DNA from: Convolutriloba macropyga
Taxonomy: Eukaryota
NCBI RefSeq assembly: GCF_964194025.1
Contig: NC_134473.1
Span: 53,072,001 to 53,136,000 of the forward strand
Length of the DNA: 64,000 nt
Direction: 5' to 3'
This document shows, piece by piece, positions 52,081 to 64,000 of this stretch (position 1 is the first letter of the stretch; each line of letters opens with the position of its first letter). Made by a program: the position numbers and the translations under genes. Under the pieces are notes generated by a model that was given only the letters and a program-made list of their open reading frames with translations, was not told the origin of the DNA and did not search any database.

Positions 52081-55000
52081 TCAGCAGCCTGTAGGTTTTG
52101 CGAAATATCCAAATCCCTTCTTATTAATCTGAGACTTTAGCACCACTGGTTCTGAAATGCCTTTTCCCTCGCTCCCCAGACCTCCTCCTGGCGTCCAGCC
52201 CATGTTCAGTAGCATCTTATGTCCAACATTGGACTCCGGTAGCACCCTTTCTGAGGGTTCCGGGCACTCTCTGAACCCCGAAAGCCTACTACTAGTCGGC
52301 CGGTTTTTCAATTCGCCCGAATAACTCCGTCGTCTTTTCTTCTTGTGCTTTGAGGAATAGTAAAATTTTGCGTAACGTTGCCTGGATGAACCGTTGCCAA
52401 CAATAGAATATCGACTACGTTTGCTCTTTGAGCTTCCGTCTGGGGAGGTAAGATGCTCATATGACTCTGAAGAATTATCGCGAGAATCCAAAACCTCCGT
52501 TGTACTAGGTAAAGCCCTTTTACAAATCCCGGGATGGAAGGTTCCCAGCGCTGCCGATGACTGCAAAAAGGCATTGACGGAATCGTGACTGGTGACGGCT
52601 TTAATTCCTTCCAATATTTGGTTCAGCTTGGCGTCGAACTCTGGTCGGTGGGTCACTTCTGATATTTCGCCTTCTTCCCACCACGGAACAGCACAGGGCA
52701 AGCCGCAAACACTTCTAGTTTCATCGTTTTCTGAGAGCTCATCGTCTCCTTCGCGACCTTCGTCAGCTATAAATCAACTACAATTCAAACTGTAGACTCA
52801 AATTAGAATTGAAACAAATAAGTAAATTCAAGTTCAACAAATTGCTCTCAACCAATGGTACAGACGATAGAGTTATAAATTTTCCTCCCTGCCACTTTGC
52901 GTGAATTAGACTAATAGACTCCCTATTGTCACCCAAACTTTCGAATGAAGACAGTAAGTATCAATTGAATAGCTTTCAAATTGAGTAGCGAGGCTACATT
53001 TGTCCCATTGTAGCAGTATTTTGCACTCAGCCACAAAAAAACTTGATTAACCAACAGCGAAATAACCAACAGTTCCTATATAAGTGCATCAAAATTTAAG
53101 AGCATTTGACAAAATTTTTAAGTATTCTGTACAATTTTGTTTCAGCAGAGGAAATCCAAGACTAACAACCGAAAATTCAACTCATTGAGATGTGCCTTAA
53201 AAACAAATTATTCCATTTTTTCCGCTGAAATTCAGTTTAATCTTGAGATAAACCGCTGTTGGGCCAACTGATTTATTTTTATTGTTCACATGGTTGATAA
53301 CCACAATATTTGCATAATTAAAATTACAAGGCTGAAAAATTCATTTTCCTTGCGTTATTTGTCAGCTTTAACACGATAAAAAAATTAAGAGAAGGCAATC
53401 TGATGTCCCTAGTATTGTCGCAAGTTTAGACGTAATATTTTTTTGCAGAACATATGTGAAATCACTAATTCCAGTTCCATGATGAATTCCATACGCATAG
53501 TACAGACGCGCAGAATGTAATATATTCCAGAAAAACTGACACTATACCAGCCTTAAAAAAGGATTTTTGGTCTTTTCAAGAAGACAATGTTATAAGCTAG
53601 TTTTCAGTGAGGTGTACCAGTAGAATCAGTTAGATATCCAATCGACAGAGCTTTTCTGGATGGACCAAAAGAAAAAGGTAGCATTAAAAGCCTCAAAGTT
53701 AATCAACTCAGTTTTACAACTGCGAGTGTACAAACACTTTTCATGCGTACACAATGACGACTGAAATAATGCTCAAAACATCAAACTATTAATTAGTATC
53801 CATCTAGTGATACAGAGATCTAACCCAACACGTCCTTGACGTGTTTTTTGCCGGCTTATGTACACTTGAGAATTGATTAAAGCATTTTAAAAATTGAAAC
53901 GTAGTTGTAACAAGATTTTTAAAGTAAGATTCATTCTGTCCTTTATTTTGAGTTTTCATTTTTCAGCAAAACCTGTCGCCTACATATTAGCAAAGATAAT
54001 CCCGGTAGAGCTCATGAGATAAAAACAATATAAGATATTGCGATGAGTTCACAAAAATTTAATAATTAAATCTCAGAATTTGTTTCTATTCTCAGAGCTT
54101 TTGGGGGGAACCAAACAATTAATTAAAAGCTAGATCTTAGATTCATCATTACTGATTTTAAAGCGAAAATTTTTGCGTGCCCCGGAAAGACCTGATGGCC
54201 AAATTTTTAACTTCATAGCTGATAAAACCATATATCATTCTTTCAGCTCACAGCCATCAATGAAATACTTAATGAAAGCATCTGTTTTTTTTCGTTTCTC
54301 AGACGAAACTGCCGATATGTAATTATCTTTTCAAGAACACAAAAGGATACTTAATTAAATTGTGACAAAGTTTAAAAAGGCAGCGCTGGAAATTTATATA
54401 CATATCCAGCAGATCGCCGGAATATGGCTGCCGTTGATTCCCACAATCCGACTGGGATTGGAAAACATACCCGGCAGATTGCCGGAAAATAGCCTCCGAT
54501 GATTCCCATAATAAAGATTGCGATTGAAAGAAAAAACTAGTGAAACAACGATTTTTGTACAAACAATTTTAAAGTACGAACTAGTATCAATATCAATAAG
54601 CATTAAATATGGTAACTAAGAACAAAGTTTCAGTACCGGGCATCTAAAATTGCGTTTTATGTGTTCATCCCGTTTCTATTTCTGATTTCATTTTTTGATA
54701 TTGACTCTGTTCAATTTGAATCGCTTTGCTAGGCAACTGCTGTCTAAAAACACTTTCAACAGAAAGAAAGAAGAGTAAAACTAGCCTGGAGAATTCAAAA
54801 AGACTTCACGCAAAATGTTGAACAAGCTGTGATCTAAGGTAAAGCAAAAAAATTTTTATTCGACGAAGTGAAAAACATAGCAGTACAAGTCCTGACGTAC
54901 AATTTAAAGAATTTTCATTGACTAAACAAAAAAATAGACCTAGAACCGACTTTGAGTGAATTGGGAAAACCATATTTAAAAAAAAATTGATAAAACAAAA

Positions 55001-58000
55001 AAAACAGAAAATCAATGTCAAAATGCCGCATGCAAACAAAAACAACAAGCCAGAATTGGAAAATTGTTTCAGGCAAAAACTAGGCCCAGAATGAACTATA
55101 AATGGATTGGGATAATCATTTAGAAAAAAAATCCAACCCAAAAAATGGAAAAAACAGTAAAAACCAAAGTGAAATTGACGCATTTGAACAGAAAACTACT
55201 AGTGAGAAAGCGAACTTTAGTTCAAACACCGTTTTCTCACTTTACTTAAAAATTAGAGCGAAAAAACTTTACGCCACAAAACCACTCGATTTTTCCATCC
55301 ACTTCCTGTTTCGGCATGAACAAAATCATTACTCCAATTTGACTTCAAAAATCATGAAAGTGGGTGAACAGATCTTTAAAAAGACAGCGCCCCAATACAA
55401 TTCCGATTCTTTGAATTTTAAAACATTAGGAGCGCTTTAATAGCCGGCTGAGAAGCTGAGGCGTCAATTAAAAAACAGAATAATATAACTGGTATTTGTA
55501 CAAAAACAGATTTAAAATGCGAACTATTTTATTTCAAGTCAAAGTTAGTCATACTTATGTTCCTTGAAGAGAGTATACATGGGGCGAGCATCAACACCAA
55601 TAACCTTTAGAGATGGTGACTAAAACTTACATGAACAAAGCTCAAGGAGTGGGCATGTAAAAACGGGCTTTTTAGGTTTCTTTTTGTGATTCCGTTCTTT
55701 GATACTGATTCCACTGATTTTACTTTGCTTTGCTGAGCAACTGATGTTTAAAAAACTATGAGTGAAAAGAATAAAGAATGAAACTAGCCTAGAAAAATCG
55801 AAAAGATTTCACGCAAAATGTTGAACAAGCTGTGAACTAAGGTAAAGCAAAAAATTTTTATTCGACGATGTGAAAAAAAATAGCAGGACGAGTCCTGACG
55901 TACAATTAAAAGAACTTTCATTGACTAAACAAAAAAATACTTAGAACGGACTTTGAGTGAATTGGGAAAACCATATTTAAAAAAATTAGATAAAACAAAA
56001 AAAAACAGAAAATCAATGTCAAAATGCCGCATGCAAACAAAAAAAACCACTAGCCCGAATTATAAAATTGTTTCAAACAAAAAACTAGGCCTAGAATGAG
56101 CTATAAATGGATTGGGAAAAACATTTAGAAAAAAATCCAACCCAAAAAATGGAAAAAACAGTAAAAACCAAAGTGAAATTGACGCATTTGAACAGAAAAC
56201 TACTAGTGAGAAAGCGAACTTTAGTTCAAACACCGTTTTCTCACTTTACTTAAAAATTAGAGCGAAAAAACTTTACGCCGCAAAACCACTCGATTTTTCC
56301 ATCCACTTCCTGTTTCGGCATGAACAAAATCATTACTCCAATTTGACTTCAAAAATCATGAAAGTGGGTGAACAGATCCTTAAAAAGACAGCGCCCCAAT
56401 ACAATTCCGATTCTTTGAATTTTAAAACATTAGGAGCGCTTTAATAGACGGCTGAGAAGCTGAGGCGTCAATTAAAAAACAGAATAATATAACTGGTATT
56501 TGTACAAAAACAGATTTAAAATGCGAACTATTTTATTTCAAGTCGAGGTTAGTCATACTTATGTTCCTTGAAGAGAGTATACATGGGGCGAGCATCAACA
56601 CCAATAACCTTTAGAGATGGTGACTAAAACTTACATGAACAAAGCTCAAGGAGTGGGCATGTAAAAACGGGCTTTTTAGGTTTCTTTTTGTGATTCCGTT
56701 CTTTGATACTGATTCCACTGATTTTACTTTGCTTTGCTGAGCAACTGATGTTTAAAAAACTATGAGTGAAAAGAATAAAGAATGAAACTAGCCTAGAAAA
56801 ATCGAAAAGATTTCACGCAAAATGTTGAACAAGCTGTGAACTAAGGTAAAGCAAAAAATTTTTATTCGACGATGTAAAAAAAATAGCAGGACGAGTCCTG
56901 ACGTACAATTAAAAGAACTTTCATTGACTAAACAAAAAAATACTTAGAACGGACTTTGAGTGAATTGGGAAAACCATATTTAAAAAAATTAGATAAAACA
57001 AAAAAAAACAGAAAATCAATGTCAAAATGCCGCATGCAAACAAAAAAAACCACTAGCCCGAATTATAAAATTGTTTCAAACAAAAAACTAGGCCTAGAAT
57101 GAGCTATAAATGGATTGGGAAAAACATTTAAAAATCCAAACCAAAAAATGGAAAAAACAGTAAAAACCAAAGTGAAAAAGCCGCATTTGAACAAAAAACC
57201 ACTAGTGAGAAAGCGAACTTTAGTTCCAACACAGTTTTCTCACTCTACTTAAAAAATAGAGCGAAAAAACTTCACGCCGCAAAACCACTCGCTTTTTCCA
57301 TCCACTTCCTGTTTCGGCATGACCAAAATCACTACTCCAATTTGACTTCAAAAATCATGAAAGTGTGTGAACAGATCTTTAAAAAAAGACAGCGCCCAAT
57401 ACAATTCAGATTCTTTGAATTTTAAAACATTAGGAGCGCAATAATAGCCGACTGAGAAGCTGAGGCGGCTTTTAAAAACAGAATATAAAAACTGATATTT
57501 GTACAAAAACAGATTTAAAGTGCGCACTATTTTATTTCAAGTCGAAGTTAGTCACACTTATGTTCCTTGAAGAGAGTATACATGGGGCGAGCATCAACAC
57601 CAATAACCTTTAGAGACGGTGACTAAAACTTATAAGAACAAAGCTCAAGGAGTGGGCATGTAAAAATGGGCTTTCTAGGTTTCTTTTTGTGATTCCGTTC
57701 TTTGTTACTGATTCCACTGATTTTACTTTGCTTTGCTGAGCAACTGATGTTTAAAAAACTATGAGTGAAAAGAATGAAGAATGAAACTAGCCTAGAAAAA
57801 TCAAAAGGATTTCACGCAAAATGTCAAAAAGCTGAAAAATTAGAAAAAGCGAAACAAATTTTTATTCGACTAGTAGAAAACACAGCGAAGGACAAGTTCT
57901 GTACTACAATTCAAATAAATTGAACTGACTAAACAAAAGACGACGAAGAATGGACAAGTGAATTGTCCGGTCGATAAAATTGAAAAAATAGCAAACATCA

Positions 58001-61000
58001 AAGTCAAATTGCCGCATGTGAAGAAAACCACAAACGAGAAAGCGATTTTTTTAATCAAACGCCGTATTCTGACTCTGCTTTGAGATTGGAGTGAAAAAAA
58101 TTAACAGAGCAAAACCACTCGCTTTTTTGCTCCACTTCCTGTTTGACTTCTCCGTTTTGACTTCAAAATCACTTTTCCAATTCGACTTCAAAAATCATGT
58201 AAAGGATTATTCTGAAGGCATGTAAACTTTAACCTTTCGGTTATATTATTAATTTACATGTTTGGAAAAAAAAGAAAAGAAAGACACCGCCCCCAATAAA
58301 AATCAAATTCTTTGATTTGTAAAAATAAAATGGGAGCGAATAGCCAGCTGAAAAGATGATAGCTGCTTATAAAAATAAAAATTTTGTTTTTGCGTAATCG
58401 CAGAGGAGCAGCGGTAGGCTTTAAGTCAGCAGTGTATTAATCGCACCCTGTTTTCAGCTGTCTTTTTCTAATATTCCCCACATTTCACTTTTCATTTAGT
58501 GAGCAAGAACGCTCTTTTTGTTGACTATGGCCACTTCTGTTCGTCTGAAACTTAAACGTGGTACAATTATTGCAGGAATATTGGTCAGGCTATGGTCAAC
58601 CTGAAGCTATGCCCTAGTCAATATCCGATGGTTATCTTGTAAAAAAAGCTTCCATCTTGCAAGACCTTACAAGACGATGGTTACCTTGCAAGATCTTACA
58701 TGACGATGGCTATAATGGAAGATCTTGCAAGACTAAAGCCTATCTTTAACGATTCTTGCATTTTCGTTCCAGTCGAGCTCTACTGTCATTGATGCATTAT
58801 TGTTTCAATTATTTTTTTAAAAATTATTTCATATTTTTAATTCGCGCAGAATAAAAAACAAAATTGATGCCATATTGGTTGTAAACCTTTAGTGTAATCA
58901 GAAAAATAACGTATCGTCTCATTCTAATCATTTTCCATCATGTTCCATTTATTTGCATATTTGCAAGATGAATAGCTCTCTTGCAAAATCTTGCGGAACA
59001 AAATTATGCAACACGATGTATCTCAATGCAAGATTCTGCCAGAATCTTGCAAGATAACAATTCGAAGCCGACAAAACGAATTCCACGACCATAATTCCCA
59101 ATTTTCAATAGGGGAAACGAACTTCACATACGAATGAGCGCTGATTTGTACAAATCTTGCGTAAAAATCAAATCTTTCTTAAAAGTTAAGCATATTGCTC
59201 ACCCCTGAGATAAATGGGCACTCTATGATTCGAAGTAGCAAAATAATTTTTCAATTCAAGCTGTTCACTTAACAGCAATAAAATTTTTATGGGTGAAAAT
59301 CGGGTAAACCAATATCAAAATCAATGATCGTCATGAAACACGATTTCAAATTTCGACGAAGCTCGAGAAAAGCGAAGCAAGGTGTCAACTACAAGCAGGA
59401 ACTAATTTTTTCAGGCGAACACAAAGTCCAATTGGCCAAGATGATCTGCCAAGTCAATCTACGCCAATCAGTTCTATCTGCTATGCTCATTACGAAATTG
59501 GAACATTGCGTTCGTTGTATCACGAAAACAGCTAATTTTCCACCCCAATCACCGATTATGAATACTTCATAAACAAATCAGTTTTAAAACCAATGAGAAG
59601 ACTGATAATTTAAAAGGTTCACTTACGTTTCTCTGAAACAATTAACATAAAACTAACACACACACACACACACAAAAACTTTTGTTTAAGTAATTTGACA
59701 AAAATCGCTCCCCATTTCTATTCGAATGTCGTATGAGCGAAAGAAGTCACGATTAAATCATAAAGCACGGAGAAAAGCTTAAGTATAAAGCATTACAAAA
59801 TCTAGAAGCGTTAGTATACCAATGGCCGTACCTGTAAAAATACCCGTGGCAGCTTCATCCTGACTGGGTGAAGAAGTATCTATTGAGCTCTCATTACTGT
59901 CACTGTTTCCAAACACGTCATCTCTTTTGTCGATTGTCTGAACATCGCTAATCTGAGCAGTGTCTTCAGTGCACACAACTTCGTCTCCATCCGAGGCAGG
60001 TTTGGATATTGCCGAAATGTTAGAAATATTCAAAATTTTCGAACTGCTAGTTTGATGTTCTATGTCCGACATTACCAACGGGTTGCTCAAACTGCTCGTA
60101 TTTAGTGTTCCTGATTGTTGACCTTCAATTGTATTCGAGCTCTGGCCGTCAAATTCCATAGTTTGATTGCTAGAGTCATCGTGGTTTATAACTGAAGTGC
60201 TGAAGTTATAGTCCGACGAGAACTTAAATGGGATGTTCTTCCACGGACTCTTTCTAGCGCTAGTGTTAGCCGACACATTGAGCGCCAAATCACTATTACG
60301 CAGATTGTCGCTGGATGGTTTACTTCTTGTCAGAGTCCCATTCCCATTTTCTCGTTCAACTTCAGGCACAGGGTAACTAATTACCTCCAAGCTGCTTTTC
60401 GAAGCACCTGTGCCTTTACGTCGATTTGTTTCTTGAGCAACAATTTCCAAGTCATTAGCATCAATTGGCGACGCCATGTCAATTGCCATTTTCTTCATCC
60501 GGCGTTTGTGTCTTCTTTGAGGTTTCTGAGATTTTGTTGCCGCTGGGTTATCGGTGAAGGAGTCGCTTTCAATTGGTACGGTGACCGCTAAAACAAAAAA
60601 TAATTTTGATACAGCAACAAAAAAACTGTGGCTACTTTCTTCAAATAAAACCTTACCTAATTGCTTAAATCTTCGATATATGTCAATGTGGTCCTTGACA
60701 GAAATTCCGCATTTATGCAATCCGCCTTGAAATTCAGCCAAATTCCTAGCAAAACGCATTTTTTGACAATCAATCATTGATCTCTGCGTTGTGCTAGCTA
60801 CATTCTGTTTCACTTGAGCTGAATACTGTGTTGAGCTTGAAGCTTCCGACGCAGTCGTCGTAACTTTGTTCGTAGGTTTTTGAGTGCAGACATTGTTTTG
60901 GTGATGATTGTTAGTTGCGCAATGAGATGTTTCGCTATTGCACGAATTGCTAACAACTGAGAGCGGGTTCGAGTTTCCACTTGTTGTGTCCCAGCTAGAA

Positions 61001-61293
61001 GCTGGCTCATATTCAGATCCTCCGGCACTGTCTTGTCTTTTGAACAATGTTCCGTTACTCCCACTAGCTGGGTCGAGTTCGCAATTACGACAGCTTTCAT
61101 CATATGGTGGAGAAAATGGGATCGGAGGAGACCCATTAGTTTGAGCTCCCGTTGCGTCTTGGGCTAAGTCTTCAATTGCATCTCTTTTCTTTCTCCTTCG
61201 CCGTCTTATGGACATTCCTGCTGCTATGAACTCTCCGCCACTGGTAACTGCATTACCGCCAGCAGATGCAGTGTTATTTGCATTTTCATCCAT
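52081..61293 (-). CDS. GPATCH2: G-patch domain-containing protein 2; join(complement 61293..60657, 60587..59832, 52766..52081), ~692 aa
   Basis: Phase-1 junction ACA G|GTACGG ... TTTATAG|CT gives 'GIFTADEGREGDDELSE...CGLPCAVPWWE', resembling the conserved GPATCH2 motif (GLFTNDEGRQGDDE...VVPWWE). C-terminal G-patch 'ESNVGHKMLLNMGWTPGGGLGSEGKGISEPV...KKGFG'. Confidence 0.88.
54401..58375 (-). repeat. Head-to-tail tandem array of ~1.0-kb HINE units in GPATCH2 intron 2
   Basis: Period ~1004 (ORF ends 55440 vs 56444). Element 5'-termini at ~55428-55475, 56432-56480, 57431-57478 and ~58332-58375; hairpin 3'-termini only at 54401-54430 and 54466-54495. Confidence 0.85.
58607..59113. repeat. MITE-like segment with many TCTTGCAAGA palindromes
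   Basis: Repeated (A)TCTTGCAAGA(T) and variants at ~58635-58760 and ~58960-59055; possible CCCTA...TAGGG ends. Confidence 0.5.
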
Positions 61294-61789
61294 ATTTTAG
61301 TGCAACAACCGGAACTTCCCACCCTCATCTGTAGTGAACTAACGCCTCATTAATCAACCTATAATTGACCAAATAATTTGCCACTACTAGCGATTGAAAT
61401 AGCCATTTTCATCATACGAAATTAAATTAATCTCGTGGCTTTTGAGCGTGCTGTGAACCAGTAACGAAAAAAAAACATTCAAAAAAGAGAGACTAATTCA
61501 ATTTGGAGTTTAAAAAAAGTTATTCAAACTGACAGTGTAATTAAATTAAGGGAGAAATATTAATTCGTCGCGATAAAGAAAAAACATGTGAATTAGAGTT
61601 TTCATGTTTAAACAAAAAGGAAATCAGGGAAACACTTGAAATGAGACAAGAACAATCAAAAACAGAGGTATTCTCTACAATCAACCTCTAGAGCAGAAAT
61701 ACTATCTATACGGACGTCTCAGCTAGTGCACGGACGCTTTAAGCTGGTTACACTACCATCTGAACAACCGGAAGCAGTCGAGCAACCGC

Positions 61790-62350
61790 AAGTATTCCAC
61801 AAGATAAAGAAACGCGGACGCACAACACGTCTTCCTACGATGCAGAGAAAGCGGCGATGCTGGCTGGCAGCACTGATGTGGCTGTCGACAAACAAGGACA
61901 AGGCCCCTGCATTAATCTGCACGCACTGGCATTCTCTATGTGAGGCCCTCAAGGGCAGGTAACACGACACAGAATCCCACCTCCACTCCCAAATCCATGG
62001 AAGTATATTGTACCTCATTGTACCTCCACAAATACCAGGGCGAAGGAGGGAAAAAAAGAAGGCAATCAGGCAGAACAGCCGTCCCTGAAACACACAGCAG
62101 AGTGATGCTCGCCTACAGAGGCCACTCAGAGGCCAAGAGCAGAAAGGATGCCGCATTACTTGCCCAATCAAGCAGTGGACATGGCAGACTTTTCAAAAGC
62201 CGACCTTTATCTCATGCATCCGTTAATAGACCTCAACTGCCAGCGTCCAGCCTTGAACAGCACACGGCAGAACATTGGATCGCCTTCGGAGCACTTCCGG
62301 CCAAGCAAGAACTAATGGGCGATTACCGACCTAGTGCACGGAGTAGCGCG
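61790..62350 (+). mobile_element. Decayed non-LTR retrotransposon 3' fragment (RNase H and C-terminal region, I/R1-group-like)
   Basis: Frameshifted pieces 'SSYDAEKAAMLA', 'ALMWLSTNKDKAPALICTHWHSLCEAL', 'SRKDAALLAQSSSGH', 'LEQHTAEHW' resemble the RNase H and (QLRTGH...EH) C-terminal motifs. Confidence 0.6.
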
Positions 62351-62569
62351 TACAAACACGTTAAATAGTTTCAAGCGCGTTAAATAGTTTCATTTAACTG
62401 TATGTGATAATACTCGAAGACAACAGCAAAGGAAAATCGCAGATCTCTGTGGGTGGAAAGTCGACGAGCTTGTAGTTCTCCCAAAATATTCAAACAACTT
62501 AGAGACAAATTAACGAAAGTGGCTAATAATTTAAGCTTATAGCGAGCTCAAAACGTGAACTTGATGACT

Positions 62570-62830
62570 GGGCGGCTGCTATTGAACTTTGGTGTGAAAA
62601 CCAAATAGTTCATAATGTTCGAAAATGTACCCTGTTAAACTTTAAAGGAAAGCGTCTGTAAGCGTCCATCAGCGGTGAACTATTAGCATGTCAGTCAACC
62701 CATAAAAACCTTGGTTTGGTTGTTGCTAGCAGCCAAAATTGGACTGATAATTGCCAGCAACAAACAAAGAAAGCCACATCAGCGCTTCATCAGATAAGAA
62801 AGCTCTCAAAATCCAACTTGAGCGAAAGCT
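62570..62830 (+). mobile_element. Decayed LINE (CR1/L2-group-like) reverse transcriptase C-terminal fragment
   Basis: 'IELWCENQIVHNVRKCTLLNF...*...HKNLGLVVASSQNWTDNCQQQTKKATSALHQIRK' fits the W..N...N..KC / KDLG / W..H..KA pattern. Confidence 0.65.
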
Positions 62831-63454
62831 CTACACGACAAGGAACACGAGATTTTATAGTGCCGAAAACAAGACTACAAACGACTGGCAGTAACTTCTA
62901 CATAAGAGCGAAACACATGGTAAACGTCTTCAAGAAAGTTTAAATGTAGAACCACGACTATGCAGTAAAAAGAGTTTGAGCGATAACTAATGGTAATGGT
63001 TGGTTAACACTACAATATGCAGAAACCCTGCACATTGCAAGTAAATTGCACCTGTAAAAGCTGCAATGAACCTGAAAATTGCTTACTCTGACAGCTTAAA
63101 ACGAATACTGTTTAACTGAACCGAGGGTTTCAAAACACGTGCGTCAAACCTAAAACCGCGTCTAATACGTATACTACTATTACTAATCTTATTGTGTGTA
63201 TTTATTATATTATTATAAGTTCACGCACCATTTGCAAACTCAAAAGTGCTTTCAAAATCAAATATGAAATAACAAAAGTTTTCAGTTTTTTTCGATAATC
63301 AATTCATGGGGTATTAGTTTCATCTCAAAAGGCAACTTATTCCATTCAAAAGGAACAGGAAATCTGAATGATCTTCGCCCAAATACAGTTGTGACATTAG
63401 GAACCTTCAAATTGTACGAAACTCACAATGAGACAGTCCACTGAAACTCAAAGA

Positions 63455-63523
63455 CAAGGATAATGATTCAGATTTTTTTCAAGGATAATGATTCAGATTT
63501 TTTTCAAGGATAATGATTCAGAT
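63455..63523. repeat. 25-bp tandem repeat x2.8 (CAAGGATAATGATTCAGATTTTTTT)
   Basis: Copies start at 63455, 63480 and 63505. Confidence 0.9.
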
Positions 63524-64000
63524 GAAAAATTTGATAATGACGCATTTTTTTAAAAGGTGATACGGCAAAATACAGAGGGCATGGAACCCACATTCGAACG
63601 TGCAGCTGAACTGGAAACTTCTCCAATTGGTTAGCGTATTAGGTTTTTCACAATCCTTAGAGATCGTAGGGTATGATTTTTAGAACATTCTGTAGACGGA
63701 AAAATTCGCCATGACGGAACGGATGAAATGCAAAACGTCTAATACAAATGAAGAAAAGGTAAACAAAAGAGGACTCATCTATGCCAAGAGCAGCATGAGT
63801 AGACTAAAATACTGCATGCAGAGTGCTGCATATACGGTCACTCTGCTGAAAAAAGTGGTTGGTATGACGATACAACTTACTTAAACGAAAAATCACAAAT
63901 AATTCCAATGTTTTACCCAATAAAAGAATCAGTCTTCCAAAACCCATGGCAGTTGTACAAAGCGCGGTTACTGGGTCTTGGTGACTGTGAATTCAATGTT

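Noticed and set aside
55102-56444. Repeated ~110-aa ORFs resembling a tandem gene family
   Set aside because: They lie in HINE tandem units; the frame is broken in the third unit and composition simply reflects A-rich DNA.
59779-61293. 504-aa single-exon protein with a C-terminal TM helix
   Set aside because: The ORF reads through a 69-nt intron and past the donor at 59832; it is exons 1-2 of GPATCH2 and the hydrophobic tail is intronic.

Overview
AT-rich, repeat-dense eukaryotic genomic DNA, most likely a non-vertebrate animal; the species cannot be determined from sequence alone. It has spliceosomal introns and a 200-N assembly gap at 44359-44558. Contents: (1) the 3' part of a decayed Ty3/Gypsy LTR retrotransposon (RT-RNaseH-integrase, PPT, 3' LTR; 1-4529); (2) four well-supported host genes: a 2-exon class I SAM methyltransferase (+), an intronless bacterial-type sirtuin lacking all four zinc-binding cysteines (-), intronless NMD3 (-) and 3-exon GPATCH2 (-); (3) scattered exons of a possible single-pass membrane protein gene (-) whose ~14-kb intron would contain the methyltransferase; (4) non-coding space filled with at least three families of non-autonomous Helentron/DINE-1-like (HINE) rolling-circle elements, recognised by subterminal inverted repeats plus a 3' GC hairpin. 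These elements are nested in each other, form a ~1-kb head-to-tail array, share an internal motif, and all copies I found point the same way; (5) small MITEs, two near-identical tandem duplications (~1.74 kb, ~2.25 kb) and LINE remnants. The most interesting items are the unidirectional modular HINE system and the zinc-less sirtuin.
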